A program made the position numbers and the translations under genes. A DNA stretch of 64,000 nucleotides, taken from the NCBI GenBank assembly GCA_021815445.1, contig JAKAGM010000001.1:299527-363526 (forward strand). Reading direction: 5' to 3'. Positions 39,573 through 49,209 of this stretch are shown here, piece after piece. Each line of letters begins with the position of its first letter. Within the stretch, counting starts at the first letter, position 1. The notes under the pieces were generated by a model that saw nothing but the letters and a program-made list of their open reading frames with translations, ran no database searches and was not told the origin of the DNA. The stretch comes from a bacterium (GTDB lineage: Bacteria > Patescibacteriota > Patescibacteriia > UBA10025).

Positions 39573-40552
39573 GGACAGAGAGATTCGCACTTGTATGCGG
39601 CGCCGGAGGTTTTATTGGCAGTCACCTTGTTAGTCGGCTCAAATCTGAAGGATTTTGGGTTCGCGGCGTTGATATAAAAAAACCTGAATTTAGTGAATCG
39701 ACCGCTGACGAGTTTGTCATCGGTGACCTTCGCAACCCGCTCGTGTGCCAAAAAGTGCTCGACAGGCCATTTGATGAAGTGTACCAGCTAGCTGCTGATA
39801 TGGGTGGCGCCGGATACATCTTTACAAAGGATCATGATGCTGATGTCATGCACAATTCAGCAACTGTCAATCTGAATATGGTCTTTTACGGCCAAAAAGC
39901 GGGGGTAAAAAAAATATTCTTCTCCTCTTCAGCCTGCATTTACGCTGAATACAACCAAATGGATCCGGATAACCCAAAGTGCTCGGAGGATTCCGCGTAT
40001 CCTGCCATGCCGGATAGCGAGTATGGTTGGGAAAAGCTCTTCAGTGAACGATTATACCTTTCGTTCAGGAGAAATTACGGCCTCAATGCAAAAATCGCCC
40101 GGTTTCACAATGTTTACGGTCCGGAAGGAGCATGGGACGGCGGCAGAGAAAAAGCTCCGGCAGCTTTGTGTCGTAAAGTTGCCCAGGCAACTGATGGCGG
40201 TGAAATAGAGATGTGGGGTGACGGAAAACAGACGCGGTCTTTCCTTTACATTGATCAATGCCTGGACGGGGTGAGAAGACTTATGGATTCGCCCGATTTC
40301 AATGGACCGGTGAATATCGGTTCCGAGGAAATGGTCACTATCAACCAGCTTGCGGAAATGATTATGGAGATTGCAGGAAAAAAACTGCGCATACACCATA
40401 TCCCCGGACCGCTGGGTGTAAAGGGTCGGAAATCGGACAATAAGCTTATTAGAGAGAAATTGCGGTGGGAGCCTACAGAGCCCCTATCCATAGGGTTGGG
40501 AAAAACATACCGTTGGATTGAACGTCAGATTGTTAATCAAAAGGGATCATAA
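39569..40552 (+). CDS. NAD-dependent nucleotide-sugar epimerase/dehydratase (extended SDR)
   Basis: 327 aa. CGAGGFIGSHLVSRL Rossmann motif and YxxxK region (YGWEKL). Specific sugar substrate not assignable. Confidence 0.8.
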   Translation: MRTERFALVCGAGGFIGSHLVSRLKSEGFWVRGVDIKKPEFSESTADEFVIGDLRNPLVCQKVLDRPFDEVYQLAADMGGAGYIFTKDHDADVMHNSATVNLNMVFYGQKAGVKKIFFSSSACIYAEYNQMDPDNPKCSEDSAYPAMPDSEYGWEKLFSERLYLSFRRNYGLNAKIARFHNVYGPEGAWDGGREKAPAALCRKVAQATDGGEIEMWGDGKQTRSFLYIDQCLDGVRRLMDSPDFNGPVNIGSEEMVTINQLAEMIMEIAGKKLRIHHIPGPLGVKGRKSDNKLIREKLRWEPTEPLSIGLGKTYRWIERQIVNQKGS

Positions 40553-40566
40553 TTCAGCACCCCCTA

Positions 40567-41397
40567 ATGGCCTATCAAGAAGTAACTACGATCAAACCAA
40601 AAAAGGGTTGGGTGGGGGTTAATGTAAAAGAACTATGGCGCTATCGAGAGCTTTTTTTTATTTTTGTATGGCGTGATATTAAAATACGATACAAGCAGAC
40701 GGCAATAGGCGTACTCTGGGCTATCCTGCAGCCATTTTTGTTAATGGTAGTGTTTTCAATCTTTTTTGGCTCATTCGCCAAAATGCCGTCAAACGGGGTC
40801 CCCTACCCTATTTTCGTTTTTTCAGGTCTGCTTTTTTGGAATTATTTTTCTGTTTCACTGACGAATGCAAGCGACTCATTAGTCAGTAATGAGAATATTT
40901 TAAAAAAAATATATTTCCCCCGTTTAATCCTTCCCCTGTCGCCCACGATGACACCTCTCGTTGATTTTGCAATCGCCTTCATTGTGCTCATCGGAATGCT
41001 TTTTTATTATCATTTTACGCCCACGCTCATCGGCATCGTCATATTGCCGCTGCTCCTTTTTACGTCCTTTCTCTCCGCGTCGGGTTTGGGAATGTTTTTA
41101 GCCGCCATAAACGTCAGATACCGCGACATAAGATATGCCCTCCCCTTTTTTATTCAAAGCCTTTTGTTTGTCACTCCGGTAATTTATCCGACAAGCATTG
41201 TTTCTTCGCAATACCAATGGATCCTCAAATTGAACCCAATGACCGGAATCATCGAGGCGGCTAGGGCCGGCATTGTTGGCGGCAAACAAATTGATTTCAC
41301 GTTACTGGCAATTTCTGGGATTATCGCCGCAGCGATTTTTTTGTTTGGAATATTTTATTTTAGGAAAACTGAGCGGATATTCGCTGATGTCGCCTAA
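40567..41397 (+). CDS. wzm: ABC-2 type polysaccharide export permease (Wzm/TagG-like)
   Basis: 276 aa, 6 TM. ABC-2 family pattern (IKIRYKQTAIGVLWAILQPFL). Precedes the ATPase. Confidence 0.85.
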   Translation: MAYQEVTTIKPKKGWVGVNVKELWRYRELFFIFVWRDIKIRYKQTAIGVLWAILQPFLLMVVFSIFFGSFAKMPSNGVPYPIFVFSGLLFWNYFSVSLTNASDSLVSNENILKKIYFPRLILPLSPTMTPLVDFAIAFIVLIGMLFYYHFTPTLIGIVILPLLLFTSFLSASGLGMFLAAINVRYRDIRYALPFFIQSLLFVTPVIYPTSIVSSQYQWILKLNPMTGIIEAARAGIVGGKQIDFTLLAISGIIAAAIFLFGIFYFRKTERIFADVA

Positions 41398-42676
41398 TAC
41401 TATGCAGGACGAAATCATAAAAGTAAACAACATTTCTAAATCCTACACCATTACGCATCGCGAATCTTACGAAACCATACGCGATAAAGTAACTGAACTT
41501 GCGAAAAAGCCGTTTCAAATGTTTGCTGGCCGCACACATACTGAAAAAGAAAAGTTCTGGGCACTGAGAGATGTCCAATTTTCAGTCAAACAGGGCGAGC
41601 GCTTGGGAATCATAGGAAGAAATGGCGCCGGCAAAAGCACACTCTTAAAGATTTTGTCCCAGATTACGTATCCGACCGCCGGCGATGTAATGTTGCGGGG
41701 ACGGGTAGCTAGTCTGCTCGAGGTCGGTACTGGCTTCCACCCCGAGCTGACCGGCAGAGAAAATATATTCCTGAATGGAGCCATATTAGGGATGAAACAA
41801 TCGGAAATAAGAAAAAAATTTGATGAAATAGTCGCGTTTGCTGAGATTGAACAATTTCTTGATACACCCGTTAAACGATATTCATCAGGGATGTACGTGA
41901 GGCTCGCTTTTGCGGTTGCCGCACATTTGGAGCCTGAAATACTAATCATTGACGAAGTCTTAGCCGTCGGCGACACGCAATTCCAGAAAAAATGCCTAGG
42001 TAAAATGGAGGATGTGGCAAAAGGAGGCAGGACAATACTTTTTGTCAGCCACAACATGGGTTCGATACATAAATTGTGCGATTCTTGCATATGGCTTGAC
42101 CGGGGGAAAGTTGTCGCGGCCGGTGATCCGCAAAATGTCATCATGCAGTATTTGGACTACCAAAGTAAGGGACGCGCAATTTTTACGCAGGAACATCAAT
42201 CAAAAAAAAAGATGAACTTAAGAAAAGTATTCCTGTTGGACGGAAGAGCTCAAATCGGCCGTTTAGTCAACTTCGATGACGATGTTTTGATAGCTATTGA
42301 GTATGAGATTAATCAAGAAGTGAATAACTGCCTCGTCTGGTTTACGCTCTCATCAGGCGACGGTATTGAGATTCTCTGCAGTACGGACTATGATCTCCAC
42401 CCCGAGCTCAAAGGCCCAAGATCCAAAGGTTATTACCGTACAACTGCTGTGATTCCAAAAAAGGTCCTCAGTCCAGGCAGCTATAATATCTTAGTCGGAA
42501 TTAATTCGAATAATTTACCCAGTGAAACTTTTGATCGGATTGAGACTATTTCATTTGATGTGGTAGACAACGGCAGTTCACCTAAAGCCATGTTTGGGGA
42601 AATGTCGCGAAGTGGATTTTTACAGCCTTTTTTGGACTGGCAAACGCAAAAAGTTTCTGAAAAAACGGATTCTTAA
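41387..42676 (+). CDS. wzt: ABC transporter ATPase Wzt/TagH-like with C-terminal glycan-binding extension
   Basis: Walker A GRNGAGKST, signature YSSGMYVRLAF, Walker B ILIIDE. ~170-aa C-terminal beta-rich extension, as in O-antigen-binding Wzt. Start chosen at the in-frame ATG 41387 (the ORF-track start 41273 overlaps wzm extensively). Confidence 0.85.
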   Translation: MSPNTMQDEIIKVNNISKSYTITHRESYETIRDKVTELAKKPFQMFAGRTHTEKEKFWALRDVQFSVKQGERLGIIGRNGAGKSTLLKILSQITYPTAGDVMLRGRVASLLEVGTGFHPELTGRENIFLNGAILGMKQSEIRKKFDEIVAFAEIEQFLDTPVKRYSSGMYVRLAFAVAAHLEPEILIIDEVLAVGDTQFQKKCLGKMEDVAKGGRTILFVSHNMGSIHKLCDSCIWLDRGKVVAAGDPQNVIMQYLDYQSKGRAIFTQEHQSKKKMNLRKVFLLDGRAQIGRLVNFDDDVLIAIEYEINQEVNNCLVWFTLSSGDGIEILCSTDYDLHPELKGPRSKGYYRTTAVIPKKVLSPGSYNILVGINSNNLPSETFDRIETISFDVVDNGSSPKAMFGEMSRSGFLQPFLDWQTQKVSEKTDS

Positions 42677-42710
42677 TAATACTACTATCGGCTCAAAACT
42701 AAAAAACACT

Positions 42711-43427
42711 ATGATACTGAATAAGAAAATACTTACAATCATACCTGCTCGCGGAGGATCTAAGCGTTTGCCGGGAAAAAATATCAAGCTTTTGGCCGGC
42801 AAACCGATGATTGCATATGCGATCGAGGCTGCCAGAAAATCGAAATATACTGACAATATAATTGTTACGACGGATGACCAAAAAATTGCTGATATCGCCG
42901 CGAAATATGGAGCTGATGTCCCGTTTATACGGCCGACCGAGTTGGCCACTGACGAAGCCAAGAGCATCGACGTTATCATCCACGCCGTAGATTTCTTCGA
43001 GACACAGAAGGGCTTTTTGATAGATTTGATAATCTTGATTCAACCGACCTCGCCGCTCGTTATTTCGACGGATGTTGACGCGGTCATTGAAAAAATACTC
43101 CAAGCAGAGACAAAAAGTTGTGCAACTGTGTTTAAGGTTACACAGAGACCCGAGTGGATGTACGTAATCCACCAGGGTGAATCGAAGCCCTTTCTGACTG
43201 CGCATAACACTGACCTGCCGAGTCAGGAACTGAAAGAACTCTATTGTTTAAATGGCGCCGTCTATGCCATGCGTCGTGATACGGTCATGAAAGACAGGTT
43301 GGTAATAGACAATAAAAGCTTCTCAACTGTCATTATACCCAGGGAAAGATCGGTGGACGTGGACGAGCTGTATGACTTTGAGCTAGCTGAAGCTATTCTA
43401 AAAAATCATGCCAACAAGACAAGATAA
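42711..43427 (+). CDS. CMP-nonulosonic acid synthetase (acylneuraminate cytidylyltransferase family; NeuA/LegF-like)
   Basis: MILNKKILTIIPARGGSKRLPGKNIKLLAGKPMIAYAIEAA is the CMP-NeuAc/CMP-Kdo synthetase family N-terminus. Start taken at 42711 rather than ORF-track 42594. Confidence 0.85.
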   Translation: MILNKKILTIIPARGGSKRLPGKNIKLLAGKPMIAYAIEAARKSKYTDNIIVTTDDQKIADIAAKYGADVPFIRPTELATDEAKSIDVIIHAVDFFETQKGFLIDLIILIQPTSPLVISTDVDAVIEKILQAETKSCATVFKVTQRPEWMYVIHQGESKPFLTAHNTDLPSQELKELYCLNGAVYAMRRDTVMKDRLVIDNKSFSTVIIPRERSVDVDELYDFELAEAILKNHANKTR

Positions 43428-44481
43428 CCTAAACATTCAGATCGGTGATAAACGGATCAGCTATCATGATGAGGTTTTTGTTATTGCCGAGGCAGGGGTA
43501 AATCATAACGGACGTCTTAATCTGGCATTGAAGCTTGTCGACGCCGCTGCGCAAGCCGGTGCTCATGCGGTAAAATTTCAGACTTTCAAAGCCCACCAGG
43601 TTGTGGTAAAAAAAACGCCGATGGCTGAGTATCAAAAAAAGAACATTGCACGTAAACAAAGCCAACTGGCTATGTTAAAAAAAGTTGAATTACAAGAAGC
43701 ATTCTACGACAAAATAATTAAGCACTGCAAAAGAAGGAAAATTATTTTTCTTTCCACACCGCACGGCGGATTTGAGAGCATTGATTTTCTTCATTCCCTC
43801 GACGTGCCTGCGTATAAATTTGGCTCAGGAGATTTGAATAACACGCCTGTGCTCCAATACGCTGCGCGATTCGGAAAACCCATGATACTCGGTACCGGAA
43901 TGTCCACACTGCAAGAGGTAAAAAACGCAATCGCGGTCATCAGAAAAACCGGAAACAATAAAATAATCGTATTGCATGCAACGACCAATTACCCATGCCC
44001 TCCCCAAGAAGTCAACTTACAATCAATGGTAACAATGATGCACGCTGTACGTTGCCTCGTGGGCTATTCTGACCATACGTTAGGGATTGAGACGTCATCA
44101 GCTGCTGTCGCACTAAAGGCATGCATGATCGAGAAACACTTCACGTTAAACAAAAAATTGCCCGGTCCGGATCATAAATGTTCAGCTGAACCGAAGGAGC
44201 TTCAAACTTTAATAGACCGCATACGATACATTCACACGATATTGGGTTCACCAGTTAAGCAGCCGAACCCTAGCGAACTGAGAATGTTAAAGACTGTTCG
44301 AAAAAGCATTGTCACGTTATCTGAAATAAAAAAAGATGAGTTTTTTACACCAAAAAACTTAGGGATTAAGAGGCCTGGGACGGGTCTGGATCCAAAATAT
44401 TATTACAGGATCATCGGCAAAAAAGCATTACAGAACATTCGCCCAGATGTTCTGCTGACAAAAAAACATTATGCAGAGTAA
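43408..44481 (+). CDS. neuB: Nonulosonic acid synthase (NeuB/LegI family, C-terminal SAF domain)
   Basis: 357 aa. VIAEAGVNHNG...AGAHAVKFQTFKA is the NeuB TIM-barrel signature. SAF-like C-terminus. Confidence 0.9.
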   Translation: MPTRQDNLNIQIGDKRISYHDEVFVIAEAGVNHNGRLNLALKLVDAAAQAGAHAVKFQTFKAHQVVVKKTPMAEYQKKNIARKQSQLAMLKKVELQEAFYDKIIKHCKRRKIIFLSTPHGGFESIDFLHSLDVPAYKFGSGDLNNTPVLQYAARFGKPMILGTGMSTLQEVKNAIAVIRKTGNNKIIVLHATTNYPCPPQEVNLQSMVTMMHAVRCLVGYSDHTLGIETSSAAVALKACMIEKHFTLNKKLPGPDHKCSAEPKELQTLIDRIRYIHTILGSPVKQPNPSELRMLKTVRKSIVTLSEIKKDEFFTPKNLGIKRPGTGLDPKYYYRIIGKKALQNIRPDVLLTKKHYAE

Positions 44482-45628
44482 AAAGAAAAAAGTAGCATAC
44501 ATTACCGGTAATCGCGCCGATTTCGGATTAATGACACCGGTATTGCTGGCGATGAGGAAAAGCAAAAAGTTGTCACTTACGGTATATGCAACCGGCATGC
44601 ATCTCATGCCGGAATTTGGGCGCACTCTGAAAGAAGTAAAAAAGATATTTCCTGACGTGAAAGTGATCAGCGCCATTTTCAAATCAGACGGCAATAAAGG
44701 GATGGCAAGTTTTTCCTCAGCATACATTAAACGTCTGGTGGAGATGTTTACCAAAGACCGACCGGACTTTGTTATTACGTTGGGTGATCGAGTTGAGATG
44801 CTCTGTACGGCGCTTACCTGTCTTTACATGCATATCCCGAGCGGTCAGCTGCACGGCGGCGAAAAGACTTCCACAGTTGATGAAATTGCGCGCCATACAA
44901 TTACCAAACTTTCCAATCTGCATTTCCCGGCAACGCGTGTATCAGCCCAGAGAATCGAAAAAATGGGCGAAGAAAAGTGGCGCATACACATAGTTGGCGC
45001 CCCTGCGCTTGATATGATATTACACGGCAATTTGCCGAGCAAAAGGGAGGTTTACCGGTTTCTCGATATCAGGCCGTCGCTTCCATATATCCTAGTTACC
45101 CAGCATCCCGTTAGCCAAGAATGGACTGAATCCGGGAGACAAATGAGAGAAACGCTGCGCGCCGTCAAACACTTCGGCATACCTGTTGTAGTTACATACC
45201 CCAACGCAGATGCCGGTGGAAGAGTAATGATAAGGGAAATTAATAAAGAGGAGGGAAACTCATTATTCAGGATCAAGCCGAGCATCCCTTATGCATATTT
45301 CCTGGCAATTGAAAAATATGCGGCAGTCTGGGTTGGGAACAGCAGCGGGGCAATGATTGAGTCATCCTCTTTCCATACTCCGGTCGTCAATGTGGGCGAC
45401 CGTCAAAAAGGCAGAGAACGAGGTTTGAATGTTATTGACAGCCCTCACATACATACACGAATAGAAAAAGCCATCCGGAAATCACTGTCTGACAAAAAAT
45501 ATCGTAAACGACTTCAAAAGATTAAGAACCCGTGGGGTGACGGAAAAACTGGGATGAGGGTCGTAAAAATTCTAGAAAAAACTGATTTCAATACACAATT
45601 GCTCAACAAGCATTTAACTTATGACTAA
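44471..45628 (+). CDS. neuC: Hydrolysing UDP/GDP-N-acetylhexosamine 2-epimerase (NeuC/LegG-like)
   Basis: 385 aa. VAYITGNRADFGLMTPVL ... HGGE ... HPVSQEW ... VGNSSG matches the NeuC-type hydrolysing 2-epimerase pattern. Confidence 0.85.
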   Translation: MQSKKKKVAYITGNRADFGLMTPVLLAMRKSKKLSLTVYATGMHLMPEFGRTLKEVKKIFPDVKVISAIFKSDGNKGMASFSSAYIKRLVEMFTKDRPDFVITLGDRVEMLCTALTCLYMHIPSGQLHGGEKTSTVDEIARHTITKLSNLHFPATRVSAQRIEKMGEEKWRIHIVGAPALDMILHGNLPSKREVYRFLDIRPSLPYILVTQHPVSQEWTESGRQMRETLRAVKHFGIPVVVTYPNADAGGRVMIREINKEEGNSLFRIKPSIPYAYFLAIEKYAAVWVGNSSGAMIESSSFHTPVVNVGDRQKGRERGLNVIDSPHIHTRIEKAIRKSLSDKKYRKRLQKIKNPWGDGKTGMRVVKILEKTDFNTQLLNKHLTYD

Positions 45629-46226
45629 AAAAGTAATCATCGTAGGTGCCGGAGAAAATGGATATGTTATAGTGAACATATTGAAAAGAAAGTACAGTAT
45701 CGCCGGTTTTCTTGATGATAGAAAGAGAGGAAAACACATTCTTGGTAAAATTAATCAGTTCTCTAAATATAAAAAAAGTCATCTTTTTTTTGTAAATATT
45801 GGGAATAACAAGGTGAGAAAGAATATTTATCTGCTGATGAAGTCCGCCGGAGCAAAATTCGTTAATGCGATTCATGTCTTGTCTTTTGTAGAAAAAACTG
45901 CTAAAATTGGTGAAAATGTTTTTATCGGAGCTATGACCTACATAAATGTAAACGCCTCCATTGGCGACAATTCTTTCATTAATAACGGCTGCATTATCGA
46001 GCACGATAATGAGATTTCCGCGCACACACATGTTGCACCTGGCGTGATAACGGGAGGACGTGTCGTCATTGGTACGGGTTCGTTTATAGGACTTGGCAGC
46101 CGCATTAATGACCACACTAAGATAGGAAATAATGTAACCATCGGATCTGGTTCAGTCGTCATCGGCCCGATTGCGAGCAATACCACTGCGGTGGGTATTC
46201 CCGCTCATATAATTAAAAAATTATGA
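45621..46226 (+). CDS. Left-handed beta-helix sugar N-acetyltransferase (NeuD/PglD/LegH-like)
   Basis: 201 aa. N-terminal Rossmann-like IIVGAGENG and C-terminal hexapeptide repeats (IGDNSFINNGCIIEHDN..., IGTGSFIGLGSRIN...). Confidence 0.8.
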   Translation: MTKKVIIVGAGENGYVIVNILKRKYSIAGFLDDRKRGKHILGKINQFSKYKKSHLFFVNIGNNKVRKNIYLLMKSAGAKFVNAIHVLSFVEKTAKIGENVFIGAMTYINVNASIGDNSFINNGCIIEHDNEISAHTHVAPGVITGGRVVIGTGSFIGLGSRINDHTKIGNNVTIGSGSVVIGPIASNTTAVGIPAHIIKKL

Positions 46227-47335
46227 AAAATTTTCCCGTTGCACGACCTTTTATTGATCGTAAAGACATTGATGGAGTAGTCGGCGTGCTGAAGTCCGGA
46301 TTGCTTTCTTTCGGGCCCAAGTATCTCCAATTTGAAAAACAAATTGCGAAATATACTGGGACCAGGTACGCATGCGCCGTTTCGAATGGCACCTGCGGCC
46401 TGCATTTGGCGGTCAAAGCTCTTAACCTTCACCCGGGCGATGAAGTAATCACGTCACCATTTTCCTTCATATCCTCTTCAAACTGCCTTCTCTTTGAGGG
46501 TGTCGTGCCAAGATTTATTGATATCCAGGAAAATACGTTTAACATGGATCCGAAATATCTCGATAAAAGCGTAACAAAAAAAACCAAAGCAATCCTCGCG
46601 GTACATATATTCGGACAGTCAGCTGATATGACTGAAATTATGGCATTTGCTAGACGGCATCATTTGCCGGTCATCGAGGATTCTTGTGAAAGCCTGGGAT
46701 CAAGATATATGGGAAAAATGACCGGGTCTATAGGTGATGTAGGTGTGTACGCCTTTTATCCCAATAAACAAATGACTACGGGCGAAGGAGGGATTGTTGT
46801 AACAAAATCAAAAAAAATTCGTGACATTTGCGTGAGTTTAAGAAACCAGGGCCGGAACAACCGCAATGATTGGCTGGTTCATGAAAGAGTCGGATACAAT
46901 TACCGGATGGATGAAATGAGCGCATCGTTAGGAATCACCCAACTTCACAAATTAAATTGGATGATAAATGAAAAAAGGAAGATCGCTTCATGGTACTCAT
47001 CTGAATTGGATGGACATAGATCGATCCGCGTACCGCGCATCGGCGTTAATCGAACGCATTCTTGGTTTGTGTACGTGATCCGTGTTACTAACGGCTCTCG
47101 CGATAAGATTATAAAAAAACTTGAACGAGAAAATATTTTCACGAAACCCTATCTTCCGGTGATACATCTCCAGCCATTTATGAAACAAATGTTCCATTAC
47201 AAAAAGGGGGCTTTTCCGATCGCGGAAAAAATCTCTTCTCAAACACTCGCGCTCCCCTTTTACATCGGGTTGACACGAGAAGATGTCGCATATATATCAC
47301 GTAAATTAATCTCTGTGATTAAGAATTATGATTAA
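46223..47335 (+). CDS. DegT/DnrJ/EryC1-type PLP aminotransferase (LegC/PglE-like)
   Basis: 370 aa. GPKYLQFEKQIAKYTGTRYACAVSNGTCGLHLA and a conserved lysine region. Typical nucleotide-sugar 4-aminotransferase. Confidence 0.9.
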   Translation: MKNFPVARPFIDRKDIDGVVGVLKSGLLSFGPKYLQFEKQIAKYTGTRYACAVSNGTCGLHLAVKALNLHPGDEVITSPFSFISSSNCLLFEGVVPRFIDIQENTFNMDPKYLDKSVTKKTKAILAVHIFGQSADMTEIMAFARRHHLPVIEDSCESLGSRYMGKMTGSIGDVGVYAFYPNKQMTTGEGGIVVTKSKKIRDICVSLRNQGRNNRNDWLVHERVGYNYRMDEMSASLGITQLHKLNWMINEKRKIASWYSSELDGHRSIRVPRIGVNRTHSWFVYVIRVTNGSRDKIIKKLERENIFTKPYLPVIHLQPFMKQMFHYKKGAFPIAEKISSQTLALPFYIGLTREDVAYISRKLISVIKNYD

Positions 47336-48323
47336 ATATTTTCAGAATAAAATAATACTGGTAACTGGAGGGACTGGTTCAATAGGCTCCGAGCTGGTCA
47401 AACAGCTTATTACATATAAGCCGAAACAGTTACGTATTTTCTCGCGCGACGAAAGCAAACAGTACTACCTTATGGAGCAAATTGACCATCCGAGTAACGT
47501 CAGGTTTTTTATCGGCGATGTGAGGGACCAGGAACGTCTGGATTTGGCATTCCAAAATGTAGACGTGGTATTCCACGCCGCAGCGATGAAGCACGTTCCC
47601 TTGTGCGAGTACAACCCATTTGAAGCGGTAAAAACCAATATCGTAGGATCTCAAAATGTCATTAACGCCGCTCTAAAACATAATGTTGACAAGGTTGTCG
47701 CGATTTCAACCGATAAAGCCGCAAACCCGAGTAATGTCATGGGAACCTCAAAGCTCATGATGGAAAAACTTATAATAAATGCAAATTTTTACCGCGGCTG
47801 GGCTAGAACAAAATTTTCTTGCGTACGCTTCGGGAATGTCGCCTGGGCAAGAGGGTCAGTTCTTCCGCTATGGAAAAAACAGGCAGAAAGAGGGAATTCC
47901 ATTAAAATTACCAACCATGACATGACACGTTTTTTTATGTCTATTCCTCAGGCCAGGGATTTAGTTTTAAAAACTGCAAGCTTGGCATACGGCGGGGAGA
48001 TTTTCATTTTAAAGATGTCATCAATAAGAATCATCGATTTGGCAAAGATTTTTGTCAAAAAATATTATCCCGATAGGAAAATAAGAATCGTCAAAACAGG
48101 AAATCGACCCGGAGAAAAGATGCACGAAGATTTGTACGTTCCCAATATTACACCGAAGGCAATATTTGAAAATGACGAAATTCTCATAATAATTCCCGAG
48201 CTTGAAATATATGACCTTAAACAGCCCGAAAGAGAGTACAAAGGCTTTAGGAAAAAGCTCAGTTATGCGGATTATTGTTCCGATAAATCAATCAATGTAA
48301 GTAGGGTGAGAAATGTTATATAA
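47328..48323 (+). CDS. UDP/GDP-GlcNAc 4,6-dehydratase, short FlaA1/PseB/LegB type
   Basis: 331 aa. IILVTGGTGSIGSELVKQL...AAMKHVPLCEYNP...TDKAANPSNVMGTSK is the short-form polysaccharide biosynthesis (CapD-like) dehydratase pattern. Confidence 0.85.
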   Translation: MIKYFQNKIILVTGGTGSIGSELVKQLITYKPKQLRIFSRDESKQYYLMEQIDHPSNVRFFIGDVRDQERLDLAFQNVDVVFHAAAMKHVPLCEYNPFEAVKTNIVGSQNVINAALKHNVDKVVAISTDKAANPSNVMGTSKLMMEKLIINANFYRGWARTKFSCVRFGNVAWARGSVLPLWKKQAERGNSIKITNHDMTRFFMSIPQARDLVLKTASLAYGGEIFILKMSSIRIIDLAKIFVKKYYPDRKIRIVKTGNRPGEKMHEDLYVPNITPKAIFENDEILIIIPELEIYDLKQPEREYKGFRKKLSYADYCSDKSINVSRVRNVI

Positions 48324-48339
48324 ATTTAATTATCGGTAA

Positions 48340-49209
48340 ATGAAAAAAGGGGTCAACATTAGGATAATCCCGAGGCTTGACATTAAGGGTCCCAACCTGG
48401 TCAAAGGAATTCATTTGGAAGGTTTACGCGTATTGGGTAAACCGGAGGATTTCGCCAAGCGTTACTATGAAATGGGCGCCGACGAACTTCTCTATGTCGA
48501 CGTCGTCGCAAGTTTGTACAACAGAAACAGTTTGCACGACATCATCTCTAGAACTGCTAAGGAGATATTCATACCCATGACAGTTGGCGGAGGCATACGT
48601 ACAATTGATGACATAAAATCTGTATTGCGGGCGGGTGCGGACAAGGTTGCCCTAAATACCGCAGCAATAAAGAATCCTGAGATCATACGGGAAGCCGCAA
48701 CCATCTTTGGCTCGTCAACAGTCACCATCGCAATAGAAGCGATAAAACAGCCAAACGGCGACTACCTCGCCTACACTGATAACGGTCGTGAATTCACTGG
48801 GGTGGAAGTGCTCGACTGGGCAAAAAAAATTGAATCACTCGGGGCCGGAGAAATCTTGCTCACATCGATAGACAGGGAGGGTACGGGATTGGGTTTCGAT
48901 AAAGAATTAACTAAGCGCATTGCTGCTGCGGTTTCGATACCTGTAGTAGCATGCGGAGGTCCCGGAAAACTTGAGCATATTTATGAGGTTATACATGAAT
49001 CACAGGCTGATGCGGTGGCGATAGCCTCGATGCTGCACTATGATCTCATTGGCCAGGGTAACGCCTCAGCGAAGTATGAAGGCGAAGGAAATACGGAATT
49101 CCTAAAGAAAAAAACAGGCACATTCGGCAAAATTACCAACACGAACATTTCCGCTATAAAAAAATATTTATTTGAACACGACATTCCTTGTCGGTACAGA
49201 AATGAATAA
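48340..49209 (+). CDS. HisF-like cyclase subunit (WbuY-type, glycan amidotransfer)
   Basis: 289 aa. IIPRLDIKGPNLVKG...ADELLYVDV...PMTVGGGIRT is the imidazole-glycerol-phosphate synthase HisF fold. Located in the glycan locus rather than a his operon. Confidence 0.85.
   Translation: MKKGVNIRIIPRLDIKGPNLVKGIHLEGLRVLGKPEDFAKRYYEMGADELLYVDVVASLYNRNSLHDIISRTAKEIFIPMTVGGGIRTIDDIKSVLRAGADKVALNTAAIKNPEIIREAATIFGSSTVTIAIEAIKQPNGDYLAYTDNGREFTGVEVLDWAKKIESLGAGEILLTSIDREGTGLGFDKELTKRIAAAVSIPVVACGGPGKLEHIYEVIHESQADAVAIASMLHYDLIGQGNASAKYEGEGNTEFLKKKTGTFGKITNTNISAIKKYLFEHDIPCRYRNE

Noticed and set aside
41273-41386. ORF-track 5-prime extensions of wzt (41273), the cytidylyltransferase (42594) and the second tandem paralog (56174)
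   Set aside because: Extensions overlap the preceding genes by 70-125 nt and lack family-like sequence. In-frame internal ATGs at 41387, 42711 and 56237 give tight operon junctions.
41515-42144. 209-aa minus-strand ORF within wzt
   Set aside because: Antisense to ABC signature and Walker B motifs of the ATPase. Shadow ORF.
42699-43205. 168-aa minus-strand ORF within the cytidylyltransferase gene
   Set aside because: Antisense to a gene with an unambiguous CMP-sugar synthetase N-terminal motif.
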